In this document: positions 1-9,873 of the stretch, one piece after another | Layout of the letters: each line of letters starts with the position of its first letter | How positions within the stretch are numbered: the first letter of the stretch is position 1 | Source: Acidobacteriota bacterium | GTDB lineage: Bacteria > Acidobacteriota > UBA6911 > RPQK01 > JAJDTT01 | Direction: 5' to 3' | Length of the DNA: 64,000 nt | NCBI GenBank assembly: GCA_965217775.1 | Contig: CBDCJH010000002.1 | Coordinates: 5,824,001 to 5,888,000 of the forward strand | Translations under genes and position numbers: made by a program | The notes under the pieces: model-generated | Seen by the model: the letters and a program-made list of their open reading frames with translations, nothing else | Told to the model about the DNA's origin: nothing | Database searches by the model: none

Positions 1-1
1 T

Positions 2-334
2 GACGCCTACAATCGAAAATATAGCGTCGACGTGCAGCCGGATCAGGTTCTGGATTTGCTGGTGACGGACCCGCGTCTGCCCGGCTCCCTCTTTCGATCC
101 CTCAACGCGGCAGTCATGGAGCTTGACGCCATCGGCCCCGGCCCCATCGCCGAATCGGGTGCACAGGCGCGGCGTCTGGCGGGCCGTCTTCGAGCATTGA
201 TCCACTATGCCTGGCCGGATCGGGAGGACCACGAGAGTTTGCTCCAGTGGATCGGGGAGAACTGCCGGAAGCTCCACGAACTGGTCATCGCGGCCTATGT
301 CGACTACCCCATCGAGGACTCCCCGCTACGCTGA
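2..334 (+). CDS. alpha-E (DUF403-like) domain protein, 3' part; truncated by window start
   Basis: Frame is open from base 2 (DAYNRKYSVDVQPDQVLDLLVTDPRLPGSL). Resembles the alpha-E LxxxxFPRS region and lies directly upstream of a transglutaminase, the usual partner. Confidence 0.7.
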   Translation, partial: DAYNRKYSVDVQPDQVLDLLVTDPRLPGSLFRSLNAAVMELDAIGPGPIAESGAQARRLAGRLRALIHYAWPDREDHESLLQWIGENCRKLHELVIAAYVDYPIEDSPLR

Positions 335-338
335 TCCC

Positions 339-1232
339 ATGTCCGGATCCGTCCACTATGAGATCGAGCACGTTTCCCGGTACCGGTACGCATTCCCGGC
401 GCGGGAATGCGTCATGTTGCTCTGCCTGAAGCCACGGAGCGACGGTGGACAGCGGCTCCTTGACTTCGAGATCGGAGCGCGGCCATCCGCTTCCCTGACC
501 GGTGAAACGGACGGTTTCGGCAACTCCCGGCATGTTCTCTATCTTCACCGGCCGCACGATTGCCTGGATATAATCGCACGGTCGACGGTCGAACCTGCGC
601 TACCGGTTCCCCTTCCCGGAAATATCGGCGCCGATGCTTGGCGGGAGATTCTCTCCTGGAGTGAATCTTTCGATCATTGGGATTTCACCCATGCCAGCAC
701 TTTGGCCCGGCCGTCGCCTCTGCTGGACGACTTCGTGGTCAGAAACGGCATCGAGCGCGGAGACGATCCTCTGGAAGGGCTGTTGCAGCTCTGCCATAGC
801 CTCTACCGGAGCTTCGATTACGTCCCTGGTAGCACCTCGGTTGCGTCTCCCGTCGAGCACATCCTCGAATCGGGCCGGGGTGTATGCCAGGACTACGCCC
901 ATGTCATGATCGCCATCGCCCGTTCCTGGGGCATTCCGTCGCGGTATGTCTCGGGATATCTGAGCCCGACCGGGCAACCCGGCGAGCAGGCGGCGGGGAA
1001 TGCCACCCACGCCTGGGTCGAATGCCTGTTGCCGGGTCTGGGATGGATCGGCTTCGATCCCACCAACGAGAGTCTGGTCGACCAGCGTCACGTGCGAATC
1101 GCCGTGGGCCGCGACTATCAGGATGTCTCGCCGACCCAAGGTGTTCGCCAGGGAGGCGGAGTGACGAGGCTCGACATCGATGTAAAGGTCCGCCAGAGAG
1201 GCGCCGGGCCAAGTCTTCCGCCAGAAACTTGA
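339..1232 (+). CDS. transglutaminase-like protein
   Basis: N-terminal YEIEHVSRYRY; catalytic motifs GVCQDYAH, HAWVE and FDPTN. ATG at 339 follows the upstream stop. Confidence 0.9.
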   Translation: MSGSVHYEIEHVSRYRYAFPARECVMLLCLKPRSDGGQRLLDFEIGARPSASLTGETDGFGNSRHVLYLHRPHDCLDIIARSTVEPALPVPLPGNIGADAWREILSWSESFDHWDFTHASTLARPSPLLDDFVVRNGIERGDDPLEGLLQLCHSLYRSFDYVPGSTSVASPVEHILESGRGVCQDYAHVMIAIARSWGIPSRYVSGYLSPTGQPGEQAAGNATHAWVECLLPGLGWIGFDPTNESLVDQRHVRIAVGRDYQDVSPTQGVRQGGGVTRLDIDVKVRQRGAGPSLPPET

Positions 1233-1262
1233 GAAATGGTCATGGCGTTGCCGGTCTGAGAA

Positions 1263-2990
1263 ATGCGCTCAAGGGTCGACCCCATCACTCGTGAAATCGT
1301 TCAGAATGCGCTCTCCTCGGGTGCGGACGAGATGGCGCTGGCTCTTTACCGAACCGCCTACTCCACCATCGTCAGGGACTGCCTGGATTACTCCACCTCC
1401 CTGTGCAACGCACGCGGGGAGATGATCGCCCAAGGCGTCACCATACCGCTGCACCTGGGTTCGGTGCCGCACGCCATGGAAACCCTCCTGGAGAAGTACG
1501 GCCGGAAGATGGAGCCGGGGGACGTCTTCATCATGAACGATCCCTTCGGCGGCGGGATGCACATACCTGACATCTACGTGGTGAAACCTGTTTTCTGGGA
1601 CGGGGAAATCGTCTGCTTCGCCGTGACGACGGCCCACCATCTGGACCTGGGGGGGAGATTGCCGGGGAGCTCGGCCTGCGACAACACGGAGATATTTCAG
1701 GAGGGGCTGCGCATCCCCTGGCTTAAGCTCCATCACCGGGGGGAACCGGACGAAGCAATCTTCGCCCTGCTGCGCACCAACGTCCGGGTGCCCGAGAAGA
1801 CCCTGGGGGATCTCCGGGCACAGGTCGCCGCCTGCAATATCGGAGAGCAGGCAGTGAGGCGACTCATCGTTCGCTATGGCGCCGAGACCCTCTCTGCCTG
1901 CGGCGACGATCTCATCGACTACACGGAAAAACTCATGCGCGCCGAGATCGCGTCCTGGCCCGACGGAACCAGCACCTTCGTGGACTACATGGACAGCGAC
2001 GGCGTCGGCGGGCCCCGGGTTCGTTTCCAGGTCACCGCCAGCATAGAGGACGACACCTTCACCGCTGATTTCAGCGGAACCGACCCTCAGGTCCGGGGCG
2101 CTCTCAATTCCACTCGCTCTTTCACCTGCGGGGCGGTGGCCGTGTGTGTGCGCTGCGCCATGAGCGGGGACGTGCCCAACACGGCCGGGATGTTCCGTCC
2201 TCTGAACATCATCACCGAACCCGGCACCGTCGCGGAGGTCGTGATGCCGGGAGCCTCTTCAATGCGGGGGGTGACCGGATTTCGGATGGTGGACACGATC
2301 TTCGGAGCCATGGCCGGTCTCCTTCCCGATCGCATCCTGGCCGCCGGAGAGGGCGGAAACACCCTGGTCGTTTTCGGTGGCCGGTACCGGGACCGGTCTC
2401 CCTACATCTACTACGAATCGCTCACCGGTACCTGGGGAGGCCGGCCGGGGATGGATGGCAACGATGGTCTCTGCAATCCCATCGTCGTGGCCAGCAACAT
2501 CCCGGTGGAGCAGGCGGAAGCTGAATACCCGGTGCGAATTCGGCGTTACGGGCTGGTGGGCGATACCGGAGGACCTGGAAAATACAGAGGAGGATTGGCC
2601 GTGGAACGGGAGTGGGAACTGCTGGAGGGCGAAACCCATCTCGCGATCCGCTCCGACCGCCGCGATCATCTGCCCTACGGCTTGTGCTCCGGGAAACCGG
2701 GAAAAGGTTCGATCAACGTCATGTACAGAAAGGACGGCAGCCAAGAAGTGCTCCCGGTCATGATCTCGACGACGATGAGAGCGGGCGAAGTTCTTTATCA
2801 TCGGCAGGCTGGAGGCGGAGGATGGGGAGACCCGTTGGAGCGGTCTCCCGAATCCGTGCTGCGGGACGTGAAGAACGAAAAGGTTTCGCTCCGGTCGGCC
2901 CGGGAAGACTACGCCGTCACTTTGGATTCGGAGGACTGCCGGCCCGGCGAGAAGGCTCAGAGTCGAAAACGGCAGCGACGAATGAAGTGA
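1263..2990 (+). CDS. hydantoinase B / oxoprolinase family protein
   Basis: DPITREIVQNAL, RTAYSTIVRDCLD, NDPFGGGMHIPD, HHLDLGG, EIFQEGLRIP and GGGGWGDP motifs. Confidence 0.92.
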   Translation: MRSRVDPITREIVQNALSSGADEMALALYRTAYSTIVRDCLDYSTSLCNARGEMIAQGVTIPLHLGSVPHAMETLLEKYGRKMEPGDVFIMNDPFGGGMHIPDIYVVKPVFWDGEIVCFAVTTAHHLDLGGRLPGSSACDNTEIFQEGLRIPWLKLHHRGEPDEAIFALLRTNVRVPEKTLGDLRAQVAACNIGEQAVRRLIVRYGAETLSACGDDLIDYTEKLMRAEIASWPDGTSTFVDYMDSDGVGGPRVRFQVTASIEDDTFTADFSGTDPQVRGALNSTRSFTCGAVAVCVRCAMSGDVPNTAGMFRPLNIITEPGTVAEVVMPGASSMRGVTGFRMVDTIFGAMAGLLPDRILAAGEGGNTLVVFGGRYRDRSPYIYYESLTGTWGGRPGMDGNDGLCNPIVVASNIPVEQAEAEYPVRIRRYGLVGDTGGPGKYRGGLAVEREWELLEGETHLAIRSDRRDHLPYGLCSGKPGKGSINVMYRKDGSQEVLPVMISTTMRAGEVLYHRQAGGGGWGDPLERSPESVLRDVKNEKVSLRSAREDYAVTLDSEDCRPGEKAQSRKRQRRMK

Positions 2991-3347
2991 AACGGGAGCT
3001 GTCGAACCGGTGCTTGGGTGGCCTCATCCCGCCGGGTAAATGTCGCTGAAAGGGGAGGAAGAGAAGAACTTGATCCGGTATTGTTACGCGGGAGTCTCCT
3101 ACCGGGCGGAGGCCCGGTGAGTTTGTTCACCGGCTGGCGCCAAATGCTGAACGGCGCGCAAGTGGCCATGAAGATTCACGATGATGGAGTTTTCCAAGTT
3201 GCCGGCGGTCTGGCGGAAAAGCCGCGGCGGCGCGCCGATTGCCTGTGGGCAGACGGCTCGGCTTCGAAGCCCCGTAGTGGAGACGATCCGGACGGCGGCC
3301 AAACCTTCGGCACTTTTCCGAACCTCCCGAATTGTTCGTTTCCGGTG

Positions 3348-4679
3348 ATGCGGGCGATGCTGGCCGGCGCCGTCTGGCTGCTGTCGTCGACGGCCGTTCT
3401 CAGCAGTGACGGCGAGGAGAAGGAAACCGCCGAGAAGCCTCCGGTCACGGTCGATCGGGCCTTGGGGAATGACCTGCCAAGCTGGGCCTCCCTTGCCGGC
3501 GAGTTCCGGGTCCGCTACGAAGGCCGGCGGGCATTGGGCTATCGGCAAGGAAGCGACGACGGATACGGTCTGATCCGGACCCGTCTGGATTTGGGGATCA
3601 CCCCTGCCTCCTGGCTGAAGTTCGGGTTTCAGGGACAGGATGCCAGTGCTCCGGGCATCCGTGACGTGCCGAACATCGGAGTCTTCCGTGACGGGTTCGA
3701 CTTGCGGCAGGCATACGCCCGGATTGGGAGTGAAAAATCGCCGGTCACGTTGACTGTGGGGCGCCAGGTGCTGGCCTATGGAGATCAGCGTCTCATAGGC
3801 GCGTTGAATTGGACAAACACCTCCAGAGCCTTCGACGCGGTGAAGCTCCAGTTCCGCGGCGACGGAGCCCGGGTCGACGTCTTCTCGGCGCAAGTGGTGC
3901 AGAACGACCCCGCCGTGCGAATCAACCGGTCGATGGAAGGGAACAACTTGCATGGCGTGTATGGCGCCATCGAAAACGTGATCCCTGGTTCCACCCTGGA
4001 ACCTTATCTTCTACTGCGGTCGACCCGGTCCGTCGTCAACGAGTTGAACCAAAGAGGGGACCTCAACCGCTACACCATGGGCTTGAGAGCCTGGGCGAAG
4101 GGTCTGGGGCCCTGGGACTACAACCTGGCCCTGGTCCGGCAGTGGGGCGACGTAGCCGACGCCGTGATCGACGCCTGGGGCTACTACGCGGAATTGGGCT
4201 ATTCCATCGACGCCGAATCAAGCCCGAGACTCTATGTTCACTACAACTTTGGCTCGGGTGACGAGGACGGCGGCGACGGCCGGGTGGGCGGCTTTGACAA
4301 CCTGTATCCCACCGCCCATTTCCTGTACGGCTACAACGACCTTGTGGGCTGGCGCAATCTGAGAAACATCCGGCTCGGAGCCGAGTTCAAGCCCCATCCG
4401 AAGTTCGGACTGCAATTCGATTTCCACTCCTTCTGGCTGGCCACGGGGAATGACGCCCTCTACAGCGTGGCAGGGGTATTGTCGGTTGCGCCGCCACCCG
4501 GAGGCGCCACCGACCTCAAGGTCGGGAACGAGCTGGACGCCGTGTTCACGGTGCCGTTTTCGAAGGCCGTGAGCCTGAGCGGCGGCATTGGCCACATGTT
4601 CCCGGGACCCTATCTCAAGGCCAATACGCCGGGGGATGGGAACACCTTCACCTACCTGGTCGCGTCGTACAAGTTCTGA
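3348..4679 (+). CDS. alginate export family outer-membrane beta-barrel
   Basis: Signal-like N-terminus, GEFRVRYE, VGRQVLAYGDQRLIG, FDNLYPTAH and C-terminal aromatic residue (YKF). Start is approximate. Confidence 0.8.
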   Translation: MRAMLAGAVWLLSSTAVLSSDGEEKETAEKPPVTVDRALGNDLPSWASLAGEFRVRYEGRRALGYRQGSDDGYGLIRTRLDLGITPASWLKFGFQGQDASAPGIRDVPNIGVFRDGFDLRQAYARIGSEKSPVTLTVGRQVLAYGDQRLIGALNWTNTSRAFDAVKLQFRGDGARVDVFSAQVVQNDPAVRINRSMEGNNLHGVYGAIENVIPGSTLEPYLLLRSTRSVVNELNQRGDLNRYTMGLRAWAKGLGPWDYNLALVRQWGDVADAVIDAWGYYAELGYSIDAESSPRLYVHYNFGSGDEDGGDGRVGGFDNLYPTAHFLYGYNDLVGWRNLRNIRLGAEFKPHPKFGLQFDFHSFWLATGNDALYSVAGVLSVAPPPGGATDLKVGNELDAVFTVPFSKAVSLSGGIGHMFPGPYLKANTPGDGNTFTYLVASYKF

Positions 4680-4753
4680 CGCGGGAGTGGATCGGCGGTC
4701 GTGGTTCCCCGGATCACCGCGTTCCCGACCGGTTGTCTGACCGGGCGCGCGGA

Positions 4754-5521
4754 CTATACCCGAGGCCTCTCCAACAGGACGGTGACCCCCATGTCCAGGT
4801 ATTTCCGGCGGGTATCGGGCGTGTAGTTTCGGAAGCAGACCTTGGTCTCGGCCCCTCGAAGCTGCTCGCAGATGTGCCGGACACAGTCGTCGACGCTCTT
4901 GAATGGGTGGTGGGGGTGGCTCTCCAGGCTGAAGGTCAGGTCCATGGGTCCGAAGGAGAGGCAGTCGACGCCCGGCTGAGCCAGTTGCCGGGCCGCGGTC
5001 ACCGCCGCCACCGACTCGATCTGCATCCAGAGGACTCCCGTTTCTCCCCACCAGCGCCGGTACTCCCGGTGATCGTCCTCGAGCTGGAAGTTCAGCCGGT
5101 TGAAGCCGCCCCAACTGCGGACGCCCTCCGGCGCATAGTAGAAGTTGTCCACTGCTTCACGGGCGGTCTCCACGGATTCGACCTGAGGAACCTCGATGCC
5201 GGCCGGGCCCAGGTCCAGAATGTTTCCGATCAGGTAGGTGTGCCGTGTGTGCTTGATGCGGAACTGCACCGGCATGTCCAGCTCGGCGGCCACTTTGCAG
5301 AACCGCACCAGGTTCGACTCGCCGAACGCGTCATGCTGGCTGTCCACCCACAGGAAATCATAGGAGTCGGCTTCGACGATGGAGCGGAGCGTGTCCCCGT
5401 CGCTGTCGGGTGAAGCGGAAACACCGATGATGGTTTCGCCGGCATGGATGCGTTTCTTCAGAGCTACGGCGCGGTCGCTGATTGACGGCATTGGGATCCT
5501 CCTGTCGGGACGGTCAGTCAA
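4754..5521 (-). CDS. HpcH/HpaI aldolase family protein
   Basis: WVDSQH, LDLGPAGIEVPQV, MQIES and FGPMDL motifs. Start could be the downstream ATG (MPSIS). Confidence 0.85.
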   Translation of the reverse strand: MTDRPDRRIPMPSISDRAVALKKRIHAGETIIGVSASPDSDGDTLRSIVEADSYDFLWVDSQHDAFGESNLVRFCKVAAELDMPVQFRIKHTRHTYLIGNILDLGPAGIEVPQVESVETAREAVDNFYYAPEGVRSWGGFNRLNFQLEDDHREYRRWWGETGVLWMQIESVAAVTAARQLAQPGVDCLSFGPMDLTFSLESHPHHPFKSVDDCVRHICEQLRGAETKVCFRNYTPDTRRKYLDMGVTVLLERPRV

Positions 5522-5657
5522 GAAAAGGTCAGATTATACACAGCGGAGAAAAAGGAGAAGAGATCATTGAAGGGTGTGCCGGGCTGCTCCGACGCGCCTC
5601 CGCACGGGCTGGTAGACTCTCGCCGATCGAATCCGCCACGGAAGAACGAGGTGAACC

Positions 5658-6539
5658 ATGCGAAGACTTCCTCTGGGTCCTCTCTACTACGAATACAGCC
5701 GGCACAATGAGGTGCGTCTACGGATCGAGCCTGGAGAAAAGGTGCTGGTCGAGGCCGAAGATGCGTTTTCGGGGCAGGTTCGCACCAATGAGGATCGCCG
5801 CGACCGGAAGGCGATCCCCTTCGGCAACCCGCAGACCGGTCCCATTCATGTCAAAGGAGCGCAGCCGGGGGATGCGCTGTCCGTCCATATCCACGAGATT
5901 CGGCCCAGCATCGGCCAGTGCGCCACCCGGACCAGCGATCCCAGGCAGCTCGCCGAGTGGATCGGCGCGGACTGTCCCCACGGCACTCACGTCTGCCCCA
6001 TCCGCGACGGCAAGATCTATTGGAGCGACGAGATCACGATTCCGTATCGACCCATGCTGGGGTGCATCGGGACGGCTCCGGACAAGGGAGTGCCCACCAC
6101 GGGTCCGGCAGGACCCCACGGGGGCAACATGGACATCATCGAGACCGGTCCCGGCAGCACCGTCTATCTCCCGGTCTACATTCCGGGAGCCTACCTCTAT
6201 CTCGGCGACGCCCACGCCGCCATGGGACACGGTGAACTTTCGGCCAGCGGTCTCGAAATGCCCTCGGAGACGATCATTACCGTCGACTTGATGCGCGGAA
6301 AGACAATTCCCGGACCCCGCATCGAGTCGGCGGAAGAGATCATGACCGTGGCCACCGGCTGTCCGATGGAACGGGCTACGGCTCAAGCCTACGCCTGGCT
6401 CATCCTCTGGATGGAAGAGGAGTATGGCTGGAATCGCTGGAAGGCGTACGACCTGCTGACGCACGTGGGACGGATCTCGGTCGGCTATTACGCCATCGGG
6501 ACGGTCGCCGCCAAGATCGCCAAGAAATACCTGGTTTGA
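5658..6539 (+). CDS. acetamidase/formamidase family protein
   Basis: NPQTGPIHVKGAQPGD, HGGNMD and GDAHAAMGHGE motifs. Confidence 0.9.
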   Translation: MRRLPLGPLYYEYSRHNEVRLRIEPGEKVLVEAEDAFSGQVRTNEDRRDRKAIPFGNPQTGPIHVKGAQPGDALSVHIHEIRPSIGQCATRTSDPRQLAEWIGADCPHGTHVCPIRDGKIYWSDEITIPYRPMLGCIGTAPDKGVPTTGPAGPHGGNMDIIETGPGSTVYLPVYIPGAYLYLGDAHAAMGHGELSASGLEMPSETIITVDLMRGKTIPGPRIESAEEIMTVATGCPMERATAQAYAWLILWMEEEYGWNRWKAYDLLTHVGRISVGYYAIGTVAAKIAKKYLV

Positions 6540-6588
6540 GGGGTGGCGAGGGTCCGCACTCGGACCTGCCGGGGCGTTCCGGAGCCAC

Positions 6589-7089
6589 CTACATCACGGA
6601 TTTCAACAGCTTCGGAGTCACGAACCAGACCAGCCTCCCCTCGCCCCAACGGACACTCCCCCACCGGTCCCGCGGCAGTTTGATTCCGGCCATGGCCGCG
6701 GTGGGGAACCTCAACTGGGCTCTCCCGATGAGGCGGCCGGCCAGCGCGGCACAGGTGGGTTGGTGGCCGGCCAGCAGCAGGCATGAATCGGTATCGGAGC
6801 AGCCGCGGATGATCTCCAGCATCTGGTCCGAGGTGGTGTCATAGAGCTCGCGCGTGGCTTCGAGGGGACACGGCCAGTCGCCCGCCTGGGCGGCCAGTTC
6901 CACCGTCCGCCAGGCCCGAACTGCAGAGGAGGAGATCACCCGGTCCGGGACTTGGCCCAACCGGGCCAGATAGCGTCCCATCCGTTTGGCGGCGGCGACG
7001 CCGCGCCGCGCCAGCGGCCGATCATGATCGATGGAATAGGGGGCGTTCCAATCCGATTTGGCGTGCCGAAAGATGAGTAGTTGTTTCAT
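6589..7089 (-). CDS. sixA: SixA-like histidine phosphatase
   Basis: RHAKSDW, DHDRPL, SSAVRA, GHQP and FPTA motifs; lies in a polyphosphate cluster. Confidence 0.85.
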   Translation of the reverse strand: MKQLLIFRHAKSDWNAPYSIDHDRPLARRGVAAAKRMGRYLARLGQVPDRVISSSAVRAWRTVELAAQAGDWPCPLEATRELYDTTSDQMLEIIRGCSDTDSCLLLAGHQPTCAALAGRLIGRAQLRFPTAAMAGIKLPRDRWGSVRWGEGRLVWFVTPKLLKSVM

Positions 7090-7150
7090 GGCCGACTCAA
7101 TCCTGGCATGATTTTGAGTAAAGCCAGTCTACTACGGTGGAACGTCGATC

Positions 7151-8158
7151 ATGCAAGCGAGGGAAAATGGAAAGCGTTCTTTCAGAATAAACGGCGAGGC
7201 CGGTTCGCCTGCAGATCCGGGAAATCCAGCTCAGGTCCGGGACCCTCTCGTGCGCTACTCTTCAAAACCGGCGCTGGAATTGTCTCCCGCCATGCCGGCC
7301 CATGAGGCTCTCGGAAAGATCCATTTGGCCCTGGTGGGTGCGATCCTCCACAACCAGGAGGGTGTGCTCAAGAGTCGGGACCCGGAGTTCCTTCACGATT
7401 TCCGTGTCGCCGTACGCCGAGCTCGATCGGCCCTGACCCAGATCAAGGGGGTCTTCCCGGCGGTGGACGCCGATCCCATCAGAATCGCGCTCTCGTCGAT
7501 GACCCGGGTGACCGGTCCCGCCCGGGATCTGGATGTCTTTCTGGAGCGGCTGGAGGTCTACGAGTCCGGTCTTCCGAAGCGGATACGGCGAAACCTGATC
7601 CCGGTCAAGGAATCGGCGCGGCGCCGGCGAAGGGAAGAGCAACCTGTCCTGGCAAGAGTCCTGAACTCGGACGCATGGGCTGCGGCGGTGGGACGATGGG
7701 AAACCTTTCTGGGTGCCGGAACCGGGCTCCGGACCCTTCCCAAGAAGGGCCAGAGACCGATCGGGGCCGTGGCCACCAAGCGGATTCGGAAGGCCTATCG
7801 CCGGGTCGCACGCAGAGAGAGTCTCGCCGGATTGGAGATCGAGGCGTTGCATCGGCTTCGGATCGATTGCAAGAAGCTCCGCTACCTGCTCGAGTTCTTT
7901 CGCAGCCTTTATCCGCCCCGGGAGGCCGCTTTCCTGATCAAGAGGCTCAAGTCTCTACAGGGCGTGCTGGGAGACGTCCATGACCTGGCAGTCCATCAGG
8001 AGATGGCACGGCGGATCTGGACGGCCCTTCGTCCTCGACCTGACTTTTCACTGGGTCCGGATGACCTGGACCGCCGCCTGGAGCAGCTTCAGGCCCAGGC
8101 CCAAGACGCGACGGAGGGAAGATTCCAGCGGTTCCGCGCCCAAACCACACCTTGGTGA
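7151..8158 (+). CDS. CHAD domain (polyphosphate-binding) protein
   Basis: FLHDFRVAVRRARS, RDLDV, LHRLRIDCKKLRY and LGDVHD motifs. Confidence 0.88.
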   Translation: MQARENGKRSFRINGEAGSPADPGNPAQVRDPLVRYSSKPALELSPAMPAHEALGKIHLALVGAILHNQEGVLKSRDPEFLHDFRVAVRRARSALTQIKGVFPAVDADPIRIALSSMTRVTGPARDLDVFLERLEVYESGLPKRIRRNLIPVKESARRRRREEQPVLARVLNSDAWAAAVGRWETFLGAGTGLRTLPKKGQRPIGAVATKRIRKAYRRVARRESLAGLEIEALHRLRIDCKKLRYLLEFFRSLYPPREAAFLIKRLKSLQGVLGDVHDLAVHQEMARRIWTALRPRPDFSLGPDDLDRRLEQLQAQAQDATEGRFQRFRAQTTPW

Positions 8159-8210
8159 CCGGCGCGGAAGGCGCGCGCGAACAATGGTGATGTTTCCGAG
8201 CGGATTCGAA

Positions 8211-9719
8211 TCAGGAACAGCGAAGCGTATAACCGCCTGAACGGAGATATGCCCTCTCTTCATCCAGGTCGGCCCCGGTGAGGGGATGCTGGCGCAGCCA
8301 GCCGGCGGGAAACTCCAGGGTCACTCGCTTCTCCTCGGCTCGGAGCCGAGGTTCGGGCATGGGGATCGAGACCCGGCTGCGATGCAGCAAGGCCGAGAGC
8401 CGAAGCAGGATTGCCAGACGTTCCGCACTGTGAATCTGTTGCGCGGGCAACCGCTTGAACACGGAAATGGGGAACTTCCGCCGGTGCGCTCTGACCAGCG
8501 TGGCCAGGAGCGTCTGCTCCTCCCGTGAGAAGCCCAGCAGGTCGGAGTTGGCGATGACGTACTCGCCGTGCTTGTGGTAGTGATGGTGGGCGATGTCGAG
8601 TCCGATCTCGTGCAGTTGCGCCGCCCAGGAAACCATCAGCCGAGCTTCCCTGTAATCCAATTCCCAGCCTCGATCGGTCTGCTCCAGGAAGTCCAGGGCA
8701 GTCGTCCGAATTCGCTCCGCCTGCGGCCGGTCCACGTGGTAGCGTTCGGACAATGAGTCGACCGTCTGGCCGCGAACGTCCTCCTCACGGATGCGGCCCA
8801 TCAGATCGTAGAGAAGGCCCTCCCGCAGCGCGCCGTCGGCCGAACGCAGGTGCTCGATTCCCAGCGAATCGAATGCCGCCATGAGTACCACCAGTCCACC
8901 GGGGAAGACTCTTCGCCGCGCCGCGCGCAGTCCGTTGAACCGAAGCTTCCTGGTGGTCCCCGTCTTGAGGATCGCATCTCGAAGACGCCTGAGAGCTTCG
9001 GGGGTGATCCCGTCGCGGCTCCAGCCGGCGTTCCGGACCACGGCCTGGATGGCGCGAACGGTGCCCGAAGCGCCCAGGGCCTCTTCCCAAGCGAAATCCC
9101 GATAGCGTGCCTGGACCGATTCGAACTCCTGGTGCGCCGCCAGCTCGGCTCGCTTTCAGCGGCGGGAGGTAATTTCGCCGTCGTTGAAGTAGGTGCGGCT
9201 CATGGAGACACAGCCCAGATAGAGGCTTTCCATGCGGACGGCGTCGAAGGATTCCCCGGCGATCAGTTCGGTACTGCCGCCGCCGATGTCCACCACCAGC
9301 TTGCGTCCGGCCGGACTTGCCAGGCCGTGGACGACTCCCTGGTAGATGAGCCGGGTCTCCTCGATACCGGAGATGGTCTCGATGGGGTGGCCCAGGGCAG
9401 CTTCGGCCTGGACCAGAAATTCCTGAGCGTCGTGAGCACTCCGGAAGGTATTGGTTCCCACGGCACGGACTCTTTCGGGAGCCATGTACATCACCCGCTG
9501 CCCGAAGCGCCTCAGACAGTCGAGAGCACGAAGCTGGGCGTCGCGGGAGAGCCGTCTGGAGGAGTCGAGTCCAGCCGCCAACTGGACCATCTCCCGTAGC
9601 CGATCCAGGACCAGAACGTCCCCCGACCTGGCGCGCGCCACGATCATGTGGAAGCTGTTGGAGCCCAGGTCCACCGCGGCCACGGAATGCCTGTCGAGGG
9701 TTTCGATGTTTCGTTGCAT
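8211..9719 (-). pseudogene. ppx: exopolyphosphatase Ppx/GppA with a single in-frame TGA at 9156-9158
   Basis: AAVDLGSNSFHM, DIGGGSTE, ALREG and LHEIG...YHKH motifs. ORFs 9156..9719 and 8211..9041 are in the same frame, and the reading continues EITSRR*KRAELAAHQE...ALGASGTVRA. Confidence 0.88.
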
Positions 9720-9873
9720 CGGTCAGGGGCGCACTCGGGTCGGCCGGCGGCAAAAGCCGACACGGCATCTCTCGGGAACTTGCATACCTGATTCCGCCCC
9801 ACCTCTCAATACTCGTTGCGGGTTCCCTTGCGGGATCCGGCCTTGATATGGTCAAATTTACGAAATCTTCACA

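Noticed and set aside
3018-3347. N-terminal 110 aa of the 553-aa ORF
   Set aside because: Not protein-like; a signal peptide begins at about 3348.
9156-9158. Selenocysteine or genetic-code reassignment at the ppx TGA
   Set aside because: The position is not a Cys-type catalytic site, no SECIS was recognised, and many genes here end in TGA.
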